Part shown: positions 7,387-15,998 of the stretch, in pieces
How positions within the stretch are numbered: the stretch's first letter is position 1
How the letters are laid out: each line of letters starts with the position of its first letter
Source of the DNA: a virus
Direction: 5' to 3' (one strand)
IMG/VR virus record: IMGVR_UViG_3300044701_003572
Coordinates: 1-64,000 of that record
DNA length: 64,000 nucleotides
Notes under the pieces: model-generated
The model's database searches: none
Told to the model about the DNA's origin: nothing
The model's input: only the letters and a program-made list of their open reading frames with translations
Position numbers and translations under genes: made by a program

Positions 7387-10056
7387 TCACTCAAAATCAA
7401 ACAATTTGCTGAATGTGTTATCCGACCTTGTTGAACTGATGTCCCATTCCAAAACACCAATAAGATTTTCTAGCTTTTCGTCGATAACTGTATTTTCCAT
7501 CTCGGCATCGTCAAATGGCAGATCTTTGAACCATTGTGGAAGTCTTAATTCATCTACAGGGTAAGCCACTGATGTATAAGCCATTGGATTATCTTTAATT
7601 TTGCAGACGATAACCTTAGCACCGTCAGTGATATGCATACTATATTTGTCATCCATCATACGCTTTAAAGTATTCCAATTTAGGCTAGCACGAACGTGCC
7701 CAGGCATATTGGCCTTACCGGCTTTCTTTTCTTTGGCAGCATATTCTGTGATATTGTTAGCTCGCTTAGGCGAACCTTTCTCCCAACCAGGGCGTGTTTT
7801 AAATTCTGTACGGAAATCAGTAATGTATCCTAGTACTTCTTCTTTGCTTTGTCCTGTAAGGACTCTTTCTAGAACATTACTTAAGAATTCTTGGATAACA
7901 ACCGGGGTATCTGAACGTTTGAGATCGAGCCCCATAGCTTTGATCTTCCCTGGTTTGCCGTCAACATCTGTCCGTTTTCCTTCTTTGTCGTAGTAAAGTA
8001 CTGCGTATCGTTTCTTTGTAATGAATAGTCCTTTGGAAGCAACAATCTCGCGACCTGCTTTAATGACCTCTCCTCGGGATTTTGGGACATGGAAGGCGTC
8101 TTGCATGAATCTAATGAATGTTCCATTAACAGTTTCTCCTATAGTATCATAAAGTTCAACAACAGATTCCTTAGACCAAGGAATCGTATTCTTCTCAATA
8201 TCCTTCTTCAACGTAGTATACGCTGAGAAGTAACAAGAGTCTGTGTCACCGTATATGATAGATTTTCCAACGTGATCATATTCACCGGTGATAATTTCGT
8301 TAACTTTTGATGCCATATGTTTAGCAATGGCTCTACCAGTAAGAGTTGTGGATTGACCGATTCTATTATCAAAGAATCTACAGCCCGGGTTGAGAATAGC
8401 ACCATACAAGCTGTTCAAGTTAATTTTCTTAACTAGCTGACGCTTATCCCAGTATTCTTCTTCAATTTTGTTTCCTGCGGAAATACATTCTTTAAGTTTA
8501 GCCTGCATTTCTTTACGTTCAGCGTACCAACGCTTGAGCAAACCAGGAATAATACCTTCCTTTTCGTAGGTGAAGATAGTTCCATTTGCTGACAGTATCC
8601 AAGGCTGATTACTTTCAAATATCAAATCGTAGATCTGAGCAGCACTTAGAGTATCATTTTCTCCGTCTTCCCAGTCGATAGTGATTTCTCTTCCTACCTC
8701 ACGATTCATTACTGCGGTATATTCTAGTGATCCGAATACGCCTTCCCACGCCGATGCAAATGATTTTCCTTTAGCCATTTCTGCTTCGATATATGCCTTA
8801 GTTCCATCTGCACGTAGTTGACCTACGATAGTTTCCGGCCCCATATTCAACGCACGAATCGCTGAAGGATACAGCGAGTTAATATCCAACGAACCAATCC
8901 ATTCGTGAATACCTTTTTTAGGATAGGCAACATATGCCCCTGCTGCCTGGGTATTAACACTTTCGTCACGACCGATACGATTAGGCACAATCATACCACG
9001 CTTATGTGCTTCGTTAATAATAGCTTGTTCTGTAACGGCGACCGCACCCATAGTAGTCTGTAATAATACTGTACATTCGTGTGCCAGTGTATTAGCAAGA
9101 TCCATAAACTTTAACTTCTTATCAAGTTTATCTAGCAATGCACAGTCCTGTCTGTTATATTCGATAAACTTTTTAAAATCATTGTTGTAAAGTTGATCCA
9201 ATGTACCTTCATAGACAGTCTTGTTCTCGCCTATCTCCATTTCTCCGATAGCATCGAGTCTGTATGTATGGCGTTCTTCATAGGTGTATTTGCGGTACAA
9301 CTCGAGACTATCTAGATGAACACGACCAACAAGGTCATAAGTAACAGCCGCCTTTCCGTACTTTTCATATTCTCTCTTTTTTGGGAACTGATTCCATAGA
9401 CAAAATCTACGAGTATCTTCTTTGCTTAAAACTTTTGTTACTCTATTGACGGTATAGGGAATATCAAAACCTTCGCTGTTCCATCCCGACAATACATCTG
9501 CATCTTCAATTAGATCTAGGAATGTGTCTAACATATCTGCTTCGTTATCAAACAGCATAGTATTAGGAAATTCTTCAACTTGACGTTTTGCCTCTGCCAT
9601 TGAAATAGTTTTTGGCGGAATTGCCAAACAAACCATAGTGTCCATCCATTGTAAGTGAACAGCGATAGCAGTGATAGGCATAAATGCATCTTCCGGTGAT
9701 GCGTAGCCACGTTCTGGATCAAAGTCCACCTCAATATCGAACCAGGCTACATTTAGCTTAGGTGCATCCGCATTGAGATAGTTATCTTCTAGGCAGCGAT
9801 AGATTGGATTAATATCACTTTCGTATAGTTTTTTATTTGAATGGATTGCAAGTTCTTTCCGTAGTTCTTTTATATTCTTACAGGAAACTCGATTCAACGG
9901 ATCTCCGTGTATAGAAGTAAACTTGCCTTTGGAATCTTTGTAATAAAAAAGGTGTTTGGCAGGATAGTCTTTATAATGCCTATTACCTTTGCTGTCTCGT
10001 TCGACGATACGAATAATATCGTCGTTGCGATCATAGAATGCGTCAACGTAACTCAA
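7387..10056 (-). CDS. family B DNA polymerase (T4 gp43-like)
   Basis: Exonuclease motifs FDIE, GWNSEGFD and YNRQD. Polymerase motifs DINSLYPS, KINLNSLYG, YGDTDS and KKRY. C-terminal KLFDF clamp-binding tail. TTG start. Confidence 0.97.
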   Translation of the reverse strand: MSYVDAFYDRNDDIIRIVERDSKGNRHYKDYPAKHLFYYKDSKGKFTSIHGDPLNRVSCKNIKELRKELAIHSNKKLYESDINPIYRCLEDNYLNADAPKLNVAWFDIEVDFDPERGYASPEDAFMPITAIAVHLQWMDTMVCLAIPPKTISMAEAKRQVEEFPNTMLFDNEADMLDTFLDLIEDADVLSGWNSEGFDIPYTVNRVTKVLSKEDTRRFCLWNQFPKKREYEKYGKAAVTYDLVGRVHLDSLELYRKYTYEERHTYRLDAIGEMEIGENKTVYEGTLDQLYNNDFKKFIEYNRQDCALLDKLDKKLKFMDLANTLAHECTVLLQTTMGAVAVTEQAIINEAHKRGMIVPNRIGRDESVNTQAAGAYVAYPKKGIHEWIGSLDINSLYPSAIRALNMGPETIVGQLRADGTKAYIEAEMAKGKSFASAWEGVFGSLEYTAVMNREVGREITIDWEDGENDTLSAAQIYDLIFESNQPWILSANGTIFTYEKEGIIPGLLKRWYAERKEMQAKLKECISAGNKIEEEYWDKRQLVKKINLNSLYGAILNPGCRFFDNRIGQSTTLTGRAIAKHMASKVNEIITGEYDHVGKSIIYGDTDSCYFSAYTTLKKDIEKNTIPWSKESVVELYDTIGETVNGTFIRFMQDAFHVPKSRGEVIKAGREIVASKGLFITKKRYAVLYYDKEGKRTDVDGKPGKIKAMGLDLKRSDTPVVIQEFLSNVLERVLTGQSKEEVLGYITDFRTEFKTRPGWEKGSPKRANNITEYAAKEKKAGKANMPGHVRASLNWNTLKRMMDDKYSMHITDGAKVIVCKIKDNPMAYTSVAYPVDELRLPQWFKDLPFDDAEMENTVIDEKLENLIGVLEWDISSTRSDNTFSKLFDFE

Positions 10057-10060
10057 TTTT

Positions 10061-10140
10061 TCTCCATATGCGACTTAGGGCTCGCAAATACCAAATGTGC
10101 GGTTTATGGCCACGCCTACCATCTTTTACAGATTTATTTA
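10061..10140 (-). promoter_or_regulatory. polB leader: TAAATA promoter followed by two tandem H-type pseudoknot-like units next to the SD
   Basis: Unit 1 pairs ATGGT/GCCAT and GCG/CGC. Unit 2 pairs GGT/GCC and TGCGA/TCGCA. SD GGAGA follows 3 nt later. Confidence 0.55.
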
Positions 10141-10425
10141 TAACATACGGATTAATCCGACGGTATCTATGGTTACCAATAACAGGTAGTTAGCCAACAT
10201 GCCAAACGATTTCCTAGTATGAGCAGCCCAAGCATACATGGCACAGCCAGCGATCCAAATAGGGTACAAAATAAGTAAAGGTGGATTGGGGACAGTGAGC
10301 GCCATAGTGATGCTACATCCAATCGATATAGCCCATGCGACAATCTCCACCATAAAACGGAACGGGTGACTACGCCAATCATCTCTTATCCATTCTAGTG
10401 TAGGTCTAAATAATTCATTAATCAT
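10138..10425 (-). CDS. small multi-pass membrane protein
   Basis: Three hydrophobic helices. Confidence 0.75.
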   Translation of the reverse strand: MINELFRPTLEWIRDDWRSHPFRFMVEIVAWAISIGCSITMALTVPNPPLLILYPIWIAGCAMYAWAAHTRKSFGMLANYLLLVTIDTVGLIRML

Positions 10426-10692
10426 TTAATCCTTCTCGGGCAAATGTTTAGTAACACCTAAGATCATTTCAATTTCATCCCATTCTTCTTCATGAGATTT
10501 CCAATTATCTTTGTGTGCAATCTTAATTGCCTTATTGATAATACTGGGTTTTACTTGTAGTTCTTCAGCTACTGCTTTAACTGTTTCTTTAAGACCCTCT
10601 TGAAGATCCTCTACTTCTCGTAGAACATTTGAACCTTCATTGATGAGACGTTCTAGTTTAGCTCGTTCTTCAGGACCATACATTTTTGCCAT
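10426..10692 (-). CDS. small helical protein, possibly a T4 DsbA-like dsDNA-binding/transcription factor
   Basis: LKETVKAVAEELQVKPSIINKAIKIAHK pattern. Strong SD and a sigma70 promoter upstream. Confidence 0.55.
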   Translation of the reverse strand: MAKMYGPEERAKLERLINEGSNVLREVEDLQEGLKETVKAVAEELQVKPSIINKAIKIAHKDNWKSHEEEWDEIEMILGVTKHLPEKD

Positions 10693-10714
10693 ATACTATT
10701 CTCCTTATAAGACA

Positions 10715-10743
10715 ATTATATAGTCATAAAAAAAGCCAGTCAA
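10715..10743 (-). promoter_or_regulatory. sigma70-type promoter TTGACT-N17-TATAAT
   Basis: -35 at 10738-10743, -10 at 10715-10720, 17-nt spacer. Confidence 0.8.
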
Positions 10744-10761
10744 CCTAGGACTGGCTTTTTA
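10727..10761. terminator. bidirectional intrinsic terminator
   Basis: AAAAAAGCCAGTC-AACCTAG-GACTGGCTTTT inverted repeat with A/T tails. Confidence 0.85.
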
Positions 10762-10775
10762 TTTCCAACTTAAAT

Positions 10776-11846
10776 TTATTTTTGTTCTTCACTTAACACA
10801 TCGTACATTTCAAAACGGCCACCCATTCTTTCGTATACTAGGCCAGCATAAACTTCTGCTTTAGTTGATTCTGTAAACTTTCTCTGTGCTACTCTAGTAG
10901 CCCAATCAAACAATGCCTTGTCTAACGGATCGATAGCTTGCTGACCGCCGCTTTCGATAACAAGTTTCATTAGTTCTCTAAAGTTTGACGATGCTTCAAC
11001 GGATTCGGCAACAACTTTCTTTGAAGTTGAGACAGATTCGTTTTTCTTTCCAAAGTACTTAGCCTGTGCAGCACTCATACCTTTCTTACCACTGTCTTTT
11101 TTATCTCCGCCTTTGTCGGCAGCAGCTTTTTTCATTGGCTCTTTCTTGTTGCCGTCTTTGTCAAGATCTAAGAAATCAGGTTTCGAACCTTCGTCCATCT
11201 TCTTATCTTTCTTAGCCATTTTTTCTTTCTTAGCTTCTACCATAGAATCAAATTTCTTTTGGAAATTTTCTTTGTCTAATTCAGCGCCTTCCATCTTATG
11301 ACGAGTCACTGAACCTTTACCATGTTTCTTTTCATAATCTTTAGAAGCTTTGTCTTGTTCTTTATCTTTAGATTTTTGTTCGCGTCTTTCAGCACCAGTC
11401 ATACCGGATTTTTCTTTTTTCTTAGGGTCGTCTTGATGATCGCTGCCGTCGTAATCTGAACCGTATTTGCCTTTGTGAACATACTTACCATCTTTAGATT
11501 GGTATTCGTTTAATGCTTCGTCGTCGCCTTCAACAGATTCTTCTTTTTTCTTAGCGACCTTAGTAGCTGTGGCATGCATAACTTCTTCGCCTCGCTTACC
11601 GTATCTCTTTTCAAATCCGTCTTTGTCTTTTTTCATAGACTTTACTACTTCTTCTTTTTTATCTTTTTCTGCTTTAGTTAATTTCTTTTCAGCAATCAAA
11701 GATTCAGTAAGAGGAGTAAGACCAGCCAGAACTCTAAATTCTGTGTCTTCGTCTAATCTTAGAACTTCCTGTGCCTCTGCAGCAGGTTTTGACTCAATTG
11801 GTGTGTCTAATGAGCTGATTTTAGAAATAAGTGATTTGAAATCCAT
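10776..11846 (-). CDS. Lys/Asp/Glu-rich probable internal virion protein
   Basis: Highly charged, with many x-x-E-(S/G) sites, an RVLAG motif and an EF-hand-like DLDKDGNKKE. Confidence 0.6.
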   Translation of the reverse strand: MDFKSLISKISSLDTPIESKPAAEAQEVLRLDEDTEFRVLAGLTPLTESLIAEKKLTKAEKDKKEEVVKSMKKDKDGFEKRYGKRGEEVMHATATKVAKKKEESVEGDDEALNEYQSKDGKYVHKGKYGSDYDGSDHQDDPKKKEKSGMTGAERREQKSKDKEQDKASKDYEKKHGKGSVTRHKMEGAELDKENFQKKFDSMVEAKKEKMAKKDKKMDEGSKPDFLDLDKDGNKKEPMKKAAADKGGDKKDSGKKGMSAAQAKYFGKKNESVSTSKKVVAESVEASSNFRELMKLVIESGGQQAIDPLDKALFDWATRVAQRKFTESTKAEVYAGLVYERMGGRFEMYDVLSEEQK

Positions 11847-11847
11847 T

Positions 11848-12156
11848 TCAGTTTCCTTGTTTTTTGTTTAACCATTGTTCTGTAAGGCTATCTTTTACTT
11901 TAGCCTGAACAGCTTCTTCGAATTCTCTAGGGCCTAAATTAATCGATTCTCTAGACATTTTTTCATACTCTAAGTAATGATATACGCTAGAAATATAATC
12001 AGCAGCTTTGGTAATTTTAGCCTGTACCCAGCCGTCTAATTCTTCACCCTCTTTGATCATTTGAAATAATTTGGCAGAATATTCTGCCAATTTATAGCAA
12101 TCGGCTCTTGCCATTTTTGCTTCGTGATCGTCTGGTCTTGGTTTTTCGAGGTCCAT
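11848..12156 (-). CDS. hypothetical protein (probable late/virion)
   Basis: ATG 12156 lies 4 nt after TAAATA; contains WVQAKITKAADYISSV. Confidence 0.7.
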   Translation of the reverse strand: MDLEKPRPDDHEAKMARADCYKLAEYSAKLFQMIKEGEELDGWVQAKITKAADYISSVYHYLEYEKMSRESINLGPREFEEAVQAKVKDSLTEQWLNKKQGN

Positions 12157-12163
12157 ATTATAT

Positions 12164-12421
12164 TTATCTCTGTATGAAATTACCTTCACCGAACAAGCTA
12201 GTTGGTGTATCTAAGGCGTTTTTAGCTGTGCCGTCTTTGTTTTTTGGTTGAGAAACCTTGGGTTGCGGCGGAGCTTTAGTTCCACTTTTTCCCGGACTAC
12301 CTGTGTAGCTTTTCTTACCTCTGGCTTTTCCGGGGCTAATATGCGGGTTAACCACAGTACCTACATTTCCGGCGTTTGTGGCTCCTACAGTAGCAGATTC
12401 TAATATTTCTTTTAATTTCAT
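12164..12421 (-). CDS. probable internal virion protein
   Basis: N-terminus MKLKEILES; TAAATA 7 nt upstream. Confidence 0.65.
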   Translation of the reverse strand: MKLKEILESATVGATNAGNVGTVVNPHISPGKARGKKSYTGSPGKSGTKAPPQPKVSQPKNKDGTAKNALDTPTSLFGEGNFIQR

Positions 12422-12427
12422 AATCTA

Positions 12428-13048
12428 TTATTTATTACGTCCAGATTTCATATTAGCGCACCAGTGATACATTTTAGCTTTCTCACCAGATGCATTTTTA
12501 GCTTTACTACGCAGATCAGTTACAGATCCGTTGCAACTAGCCCCTGCATTTTTTACACGACCTGGACGACTTTTACCTTTAACTTTACCATCGGCAAAGT
12601 TTTCTACGTTATAGGTTGGATCTGTTTTTTGGCCTTTCTTTTTCTTATGTCCTGCAGGATCTATATCTGTAGTTGTTAGTCCCGTCTTTTTTAAGTTTTG
12701 AATATATTTGTGCTCTTCATCTTCGTCGCCAAACGACATTATTGCGCTAGGAGGACCTTTGCCAAAATCGTGTTTACCTAAACCTTTTAAATCACTGATG
12801 TGCTGTCCTAATTTATACCAATCATATACATCACTAACATCTACTCTAACTGTGCCCTTGGGCATTGTTGGTTTAGTTTCCGGCCCTCGCGGCCTTTCGT
12901 TAGGATGTTGATCTTCCCCTACATCGCCCCCGTCTCCACTATAGCCAGTAGCATATCCATACCCGCCAAACGGTCCTGGCCCGTATGCAGCCTGACGAGA
13001 TTTATGTTTCTTACGTTTTTTCTCAGTGACAAATTCGTGAGCTCTCAT
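12428..13048 (-). CDS. probable internal virion protein, modular
   Basis: N-terminus MRAHEFVTE; segments separated by VGE and NVE sites. Confidence 0.65.
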   Translation of the reverse strand: MRAHEFVTEKKRKKHKSRQAAYGPGPFGGYGYATGYSGDGGDVGEDQHPNERPRGPETKPTMPKGTVRVDVSDVYDWYKLGQHISDLKGLGKHDFGKGPPSAIMSFGDEDEEHKYIQNLKKTGLTTTDIDPAGHKKKKGQKTDPTYNVENFADGKVKGKSRPGRVKNAGASCNGSVTDLRSKAKNASGEKAKMYHWCANMKSGRNK

Positions 13049-13051
13049 GTG

Positions 13052-13378
13052 TTACACCGAAAAACTTGATCCACAACCACAGGTTGTCTGTGCATTAGGA
13101 TTCTTTATGCTAAAATTCGCCCCAGATAAATCTTCTGTATAATCTATAATAGCACCAGTCATGTACTGCATACTCATAGCATCAACAACTACTTTCCATT
13201 TATCATCTAATGCTATTTCAAAATCGTCCTCATTTTGTTCTTCGTCAAAAGTAAATCCGTATTGAAATCCTGAGCATCCTCCACCTTGGACAAATGTTCT
13301 TAATTTTAAATTAGGATTATTTTCTTCTAAAAGAAGATCTATAACTTTTGCTTTTGCTGATTCAGTTATCTCAACCAT
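13052..13378 (-). CDS. erpA: iron-sulfur cluster insertion protein, ErpA-like A-type carrier
   Basis: GGGCSGFQY and TTCGCGSSF motifs. Confidence 0.9.
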   Translation of the reverse strand: MVEITESAKAKVIDLLLEENNPNLKLRTFVQGGGCSGFQYGFTFDEEQNEDDFEIALDDKWKVVVDAMSMQYMTGAIIDYTEDLSGANFSIKNPNAQTTCGCGSSFSV

Positions 13379-13584
13379 TTTTTATCTCCTACTGGTTTCT
13401 CGCCAGTCATGTAAGGCAAACTAAACCACAGTTGAAACCATTCACGAGTTCCGGGCTGTATATTATGCTTTTTTTCTATCTGACGCTTTTCGTTACCAGT
13501 AATACTTATATTACTACCTTCATAAGGTTGATAGCCTTTGAATTCTGTAATACCAGCAAGACGTTTTAATTCTGATAATTCCAT
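13366..13584 (-). CDS. hypothetical protein (probable virion)
   Basis: N-terminus [14 protein letters not shown]; contains [11 protein letters not shown]. Confidence 0.7.
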   Translation of the reverse strand: MELSELKRLAGITEFKGYQPYEGSNISITGNEKRQIEKKHNIQPGTREWFQLWFSLPYMTGEKPVGDKKWLR

Positions 13585-14120
13585 TATGCTGTCGGCGATT
13601 CGCCAGTTTTATACACTTCCCATTTTTTACCAGTCTGCTCAGATTTTTTACGTGCCCAATCTTTTAAACTGTAAAAATGTTTTTCTTCGTATTGGTCGTC
13701 GGCATATTGACCACGACCTTGAAATACTTTCCATTTCTTACCGTTGATGTAAACAGCAAAATTATTCGGAGGCTCAGTGTTACCCTCATCCCAATCTTCC
13801 GGATCTCGAATTCTTTCTGTCATACCTTTACTCTTTGCTTCTTTTTCTAAATCGTTTTTACGTTGAATTATAGCCTGTTTGATTTCTTTGTCTTGCGACG
13901 CAATAGGATCCATTTGCAAGTCTTGAAGTGCTTTTCGCTTTGCAATTAAATCTTCTTTATCTCTTAATTCGGTTTCAGTAACATCTTTGCTTTTATGTTT
14001 TTCGTAACCTTGTTTCTGCTCTTTTTTCTTATCACGATGGGCGCCTGCGCCTGCAGTTTTTTGATTCTTAGCTACAAAGTTTCTAGGCTTACTTGTTGGT
14101 ATAAATTCTTTTGCTTTCAT
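13584..14120 (-). CDS. probable internal virion protein, modular
   Basis: N-terminus MKAKEF; VTE and MTE junctions. Confidence 0.65.
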   Translation of the reverse strand: MKAKEFIPTSKPRNFVAKNQKTAGAGAHRDKKKEQKQGYEKHKSKDVTETELRDKEDLIAKRKALQDLQMDPIASQDKEIKQAIIQRKNDLEKEAKSKGMTERIRDPEDWDEGNTEPPNNFAVYINGKKWKVFQGRGQYADDQYEEKHFYSLKDWARKKSEQTGKKWEVYKTGESPTA

Positions 14121-14121
14121 T

Positions 14122-15660
14122 TTATTTCTCTATATGATCTAACATAGGATCAATTCCGCGACTACGTATTCCGCCTTTTTTACGAACTTTAGCAAGTTCT
14201 TCTAACGCATGACGTATTTGTTCTACATTCATTTTTAATTCATCGAATTGTCTAGCCATTGTTTGCCACTCGCTAGGGCTAGCATTATCTACACGACTAG
14301 CTAAATCTTTGATTTGCCCAGCGGCTCTCATCATACGATATTTCAGTTTAGCTGGATTTCCTCCAGCACCATATATCATAGGATCCATAGGATCAGTGGG
14401 GTCCATCTCGATAGGTGCTTCTTTGACTTCTTTCTTTTTAGGATATCCGTGTTTGATTTCTAATTGATAACCTTGTAAACCTTGCTTGTCTAAAACTCCA
14501 CTGATAAATTTTTCTGCCTCTTTGGCATTATCAAATTTATCACCAAGATTATATTTTCTAACCTCACCGTCTATCATTACATAGGCAATAGTAATAGGTT
14601 TAATTGGTTCTTCTGCTGCCTGAGCAGGACTGCCTAATAGATTCGCAGCAGCAAGGGCAGCACCAGCCATTTTGCTTTTCCAACCTTCTTCTACTGATTC
14701 AACATAATCTTTTTCTTTTTCTACTCCTAAAGACTGTCTTAGGATTCTCATAGCCCTCGCTTCGATTTGCCTTATCCTTTCAGGAGATAATTTCATCTTT
14801 TCGGAAACTTCATCTAAAGTCATACCGAGCCAGAATCTTGCTTTAAGCACTTTTCTTTGCTGATCATTTAATTTTTCAAAGTTTTTTGCAATGATTCTCT
14901 TTAATTCTTCCTTGCTGAAATCTGTTTCGTACGGCTCATTTTTTAAAATGTCTAACGGATCAGCATCATCTACAGGATCTTTTTCTAAGGATGGCATAGG
15001 TTGTTGTCTATAAGTTTTACCATCTGATTTGTATATTGATATTTGTTGATTAGGATTCGCTTCTAGAGTCGACTCGTTTATTCCCATCCCTTTTCTTACA
15101 GCGATGTAAAGTTTTTCTGCGTATTGTCCTGCCCCGGTCGCCTCTGCAAAACCTTCTAGGTCGCCTCCGGCTGCCATAGATCGTGCTCTACTGGCGCTGA
15201 TACCTGCAACACCTTCTGCTCCATCTTCTCTTTCACCACTACTTTTAAAATCTAAGACATCAAATTTATAATACCCGTGCGCCTTACCTTCGACTCCGTT
15301 ATACATTTCTAGCAGCTTCTTCATAGATTCTAATCTATCACTGCCAGCTACAAATGTTACTGCTCTATAACCTTGATCGTATAGATAGCTGGCAATTTTT
15401 ACAGGAGTATTAAGGCCGGGATCTTCGACTATCGCCTTGGCGTGTTCGGGTATGATTGCTTTGATAAATTTAATTTTGGTAGAATAATCTAAGGGATTAT
15501 CTTTTTTGTCTTGACTAGGACTAACAAATATTTTATAGTCCCCTCCAACTTTAGCAGCAGTATCTAGTAACTGTTTATGTCCGATGGTGGGGGGATTAAG
15601 TCTTCCGAATACGAAAGTTATATGTTTTGTGTCGGCTTCAAAAAGTTCTAAAAGTTTCAT
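14122..15660 (-). CDS. multidomain protein: HxGH nucleotidyltransferase, sigma-70 region-4 HTH and further modules
   Basis: FGRLNPPTIGH, VAGSDR and ISASRAR (cytidylyltransferase-like). LNDQQRKVLKARFWLGMTLDEVSEKMKLSPERIRQIEARAMRILR (sigma region 4). Confidence 0.8.
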   Translation of the reverse strand: MKLLELFEADTKHITFVFGRLNPPTIGHKQLLDTAAKVGGDYKIFVSPSQDKKDNPLDYSTKIKFIKAIIPEHAKAIVEDPGLNTPVKIASYLYDQGYRAVTFVAGSDRLESMKKLLEMYNGVEGKAHGYYKFDVLDFKSSGEREDGAEGVAGISASRARSMAAGGDLEGFAEATGAGQYAEKLYIAVRKGMGINESTLEANPNQQISIYKSDGKTYRQQPMPSLEKDPVDDADPLDILKNEPYETDFSKEELKRIIAKNFEKLNDQQRKVLKARFWLGMTLDEVSEKMKLSPERIRQIEARAMRILRQSLGVEKEKDYVESVEEGWKSKMAGAALAAANLLGSPAQAAEEPIKPITIAYVMIDGEVRKYNLGDKFDNAKEAEKFISGVLDKQGLQGYQLEIKHGYPKKKEVKEAPIEMDPTDPMDPMIYGAGGNPAKLKYRMMRAAGQIKDLASRVDNASPSEWQTMARQFDELKMNVEQIRHALEELAKVRKKGGIRSRGIDPMLDHIEK

Positions 15661-15998
15661 TCGGAATCGTAATTTTTATTTTTGATATGTATTTCTTGTT
15701 CTTCGGCAAATTTTTTCGCTAACCCGATCAAATCTTCTTTTGGAAATTTTTTCTCTCTATCACTGACTTGATATTTTTCACAATATGATTCGCAACTGCT
15801 TTCAATTGGTCTTATATAAATCTTATAGACATTAGGATTTCCTACATAATCTCTGTGTTTTTTTATAGCAGGAAAAAAATTCTTACTGAGAACAGTATCA
15901 TCGTTGTCGATGAAGAATTTTAAATCATTGATCCAATCAACATCTTGCTCTTTTTCATTCGGAGCACCGATTGGTGAAAACATTTCTCTTAATAACAT
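15657..15998 (-). CDS. hypothetical protein (probable virion)
   Basis: N-terminus MLLREMF; coupled ORF. Confidence 0.7.
   Translation of the reverse strand: MLLREMFSPIGAPNEKEQDVDWINDLKFFIDNDDTVLSKNFFPAIKKHRDYVGNPNVYKIYIRPIESSCESYCEKYQVSDREKKFPKEDLIGLAKKFAEEQEIHIKNKNYDSE

Noticed and set aside
7387-10056. Intein or intron in the DNA polymerase
   Set aside because: The length and motif spacing are normal for gp43-like enzymes, and no splicing motifs were seen.
10098-10125. Resemblance of the polB leader (GAUGG...GCCAUAAAC) to a fluoride riboswitch
   Set aside because: It lacks the GGCGAUG/UCGCC P1 arrangement and the downstream UGAUG pseudoknot partner, and the gene context does not fit. Kept only as an unknown pseudoknot.
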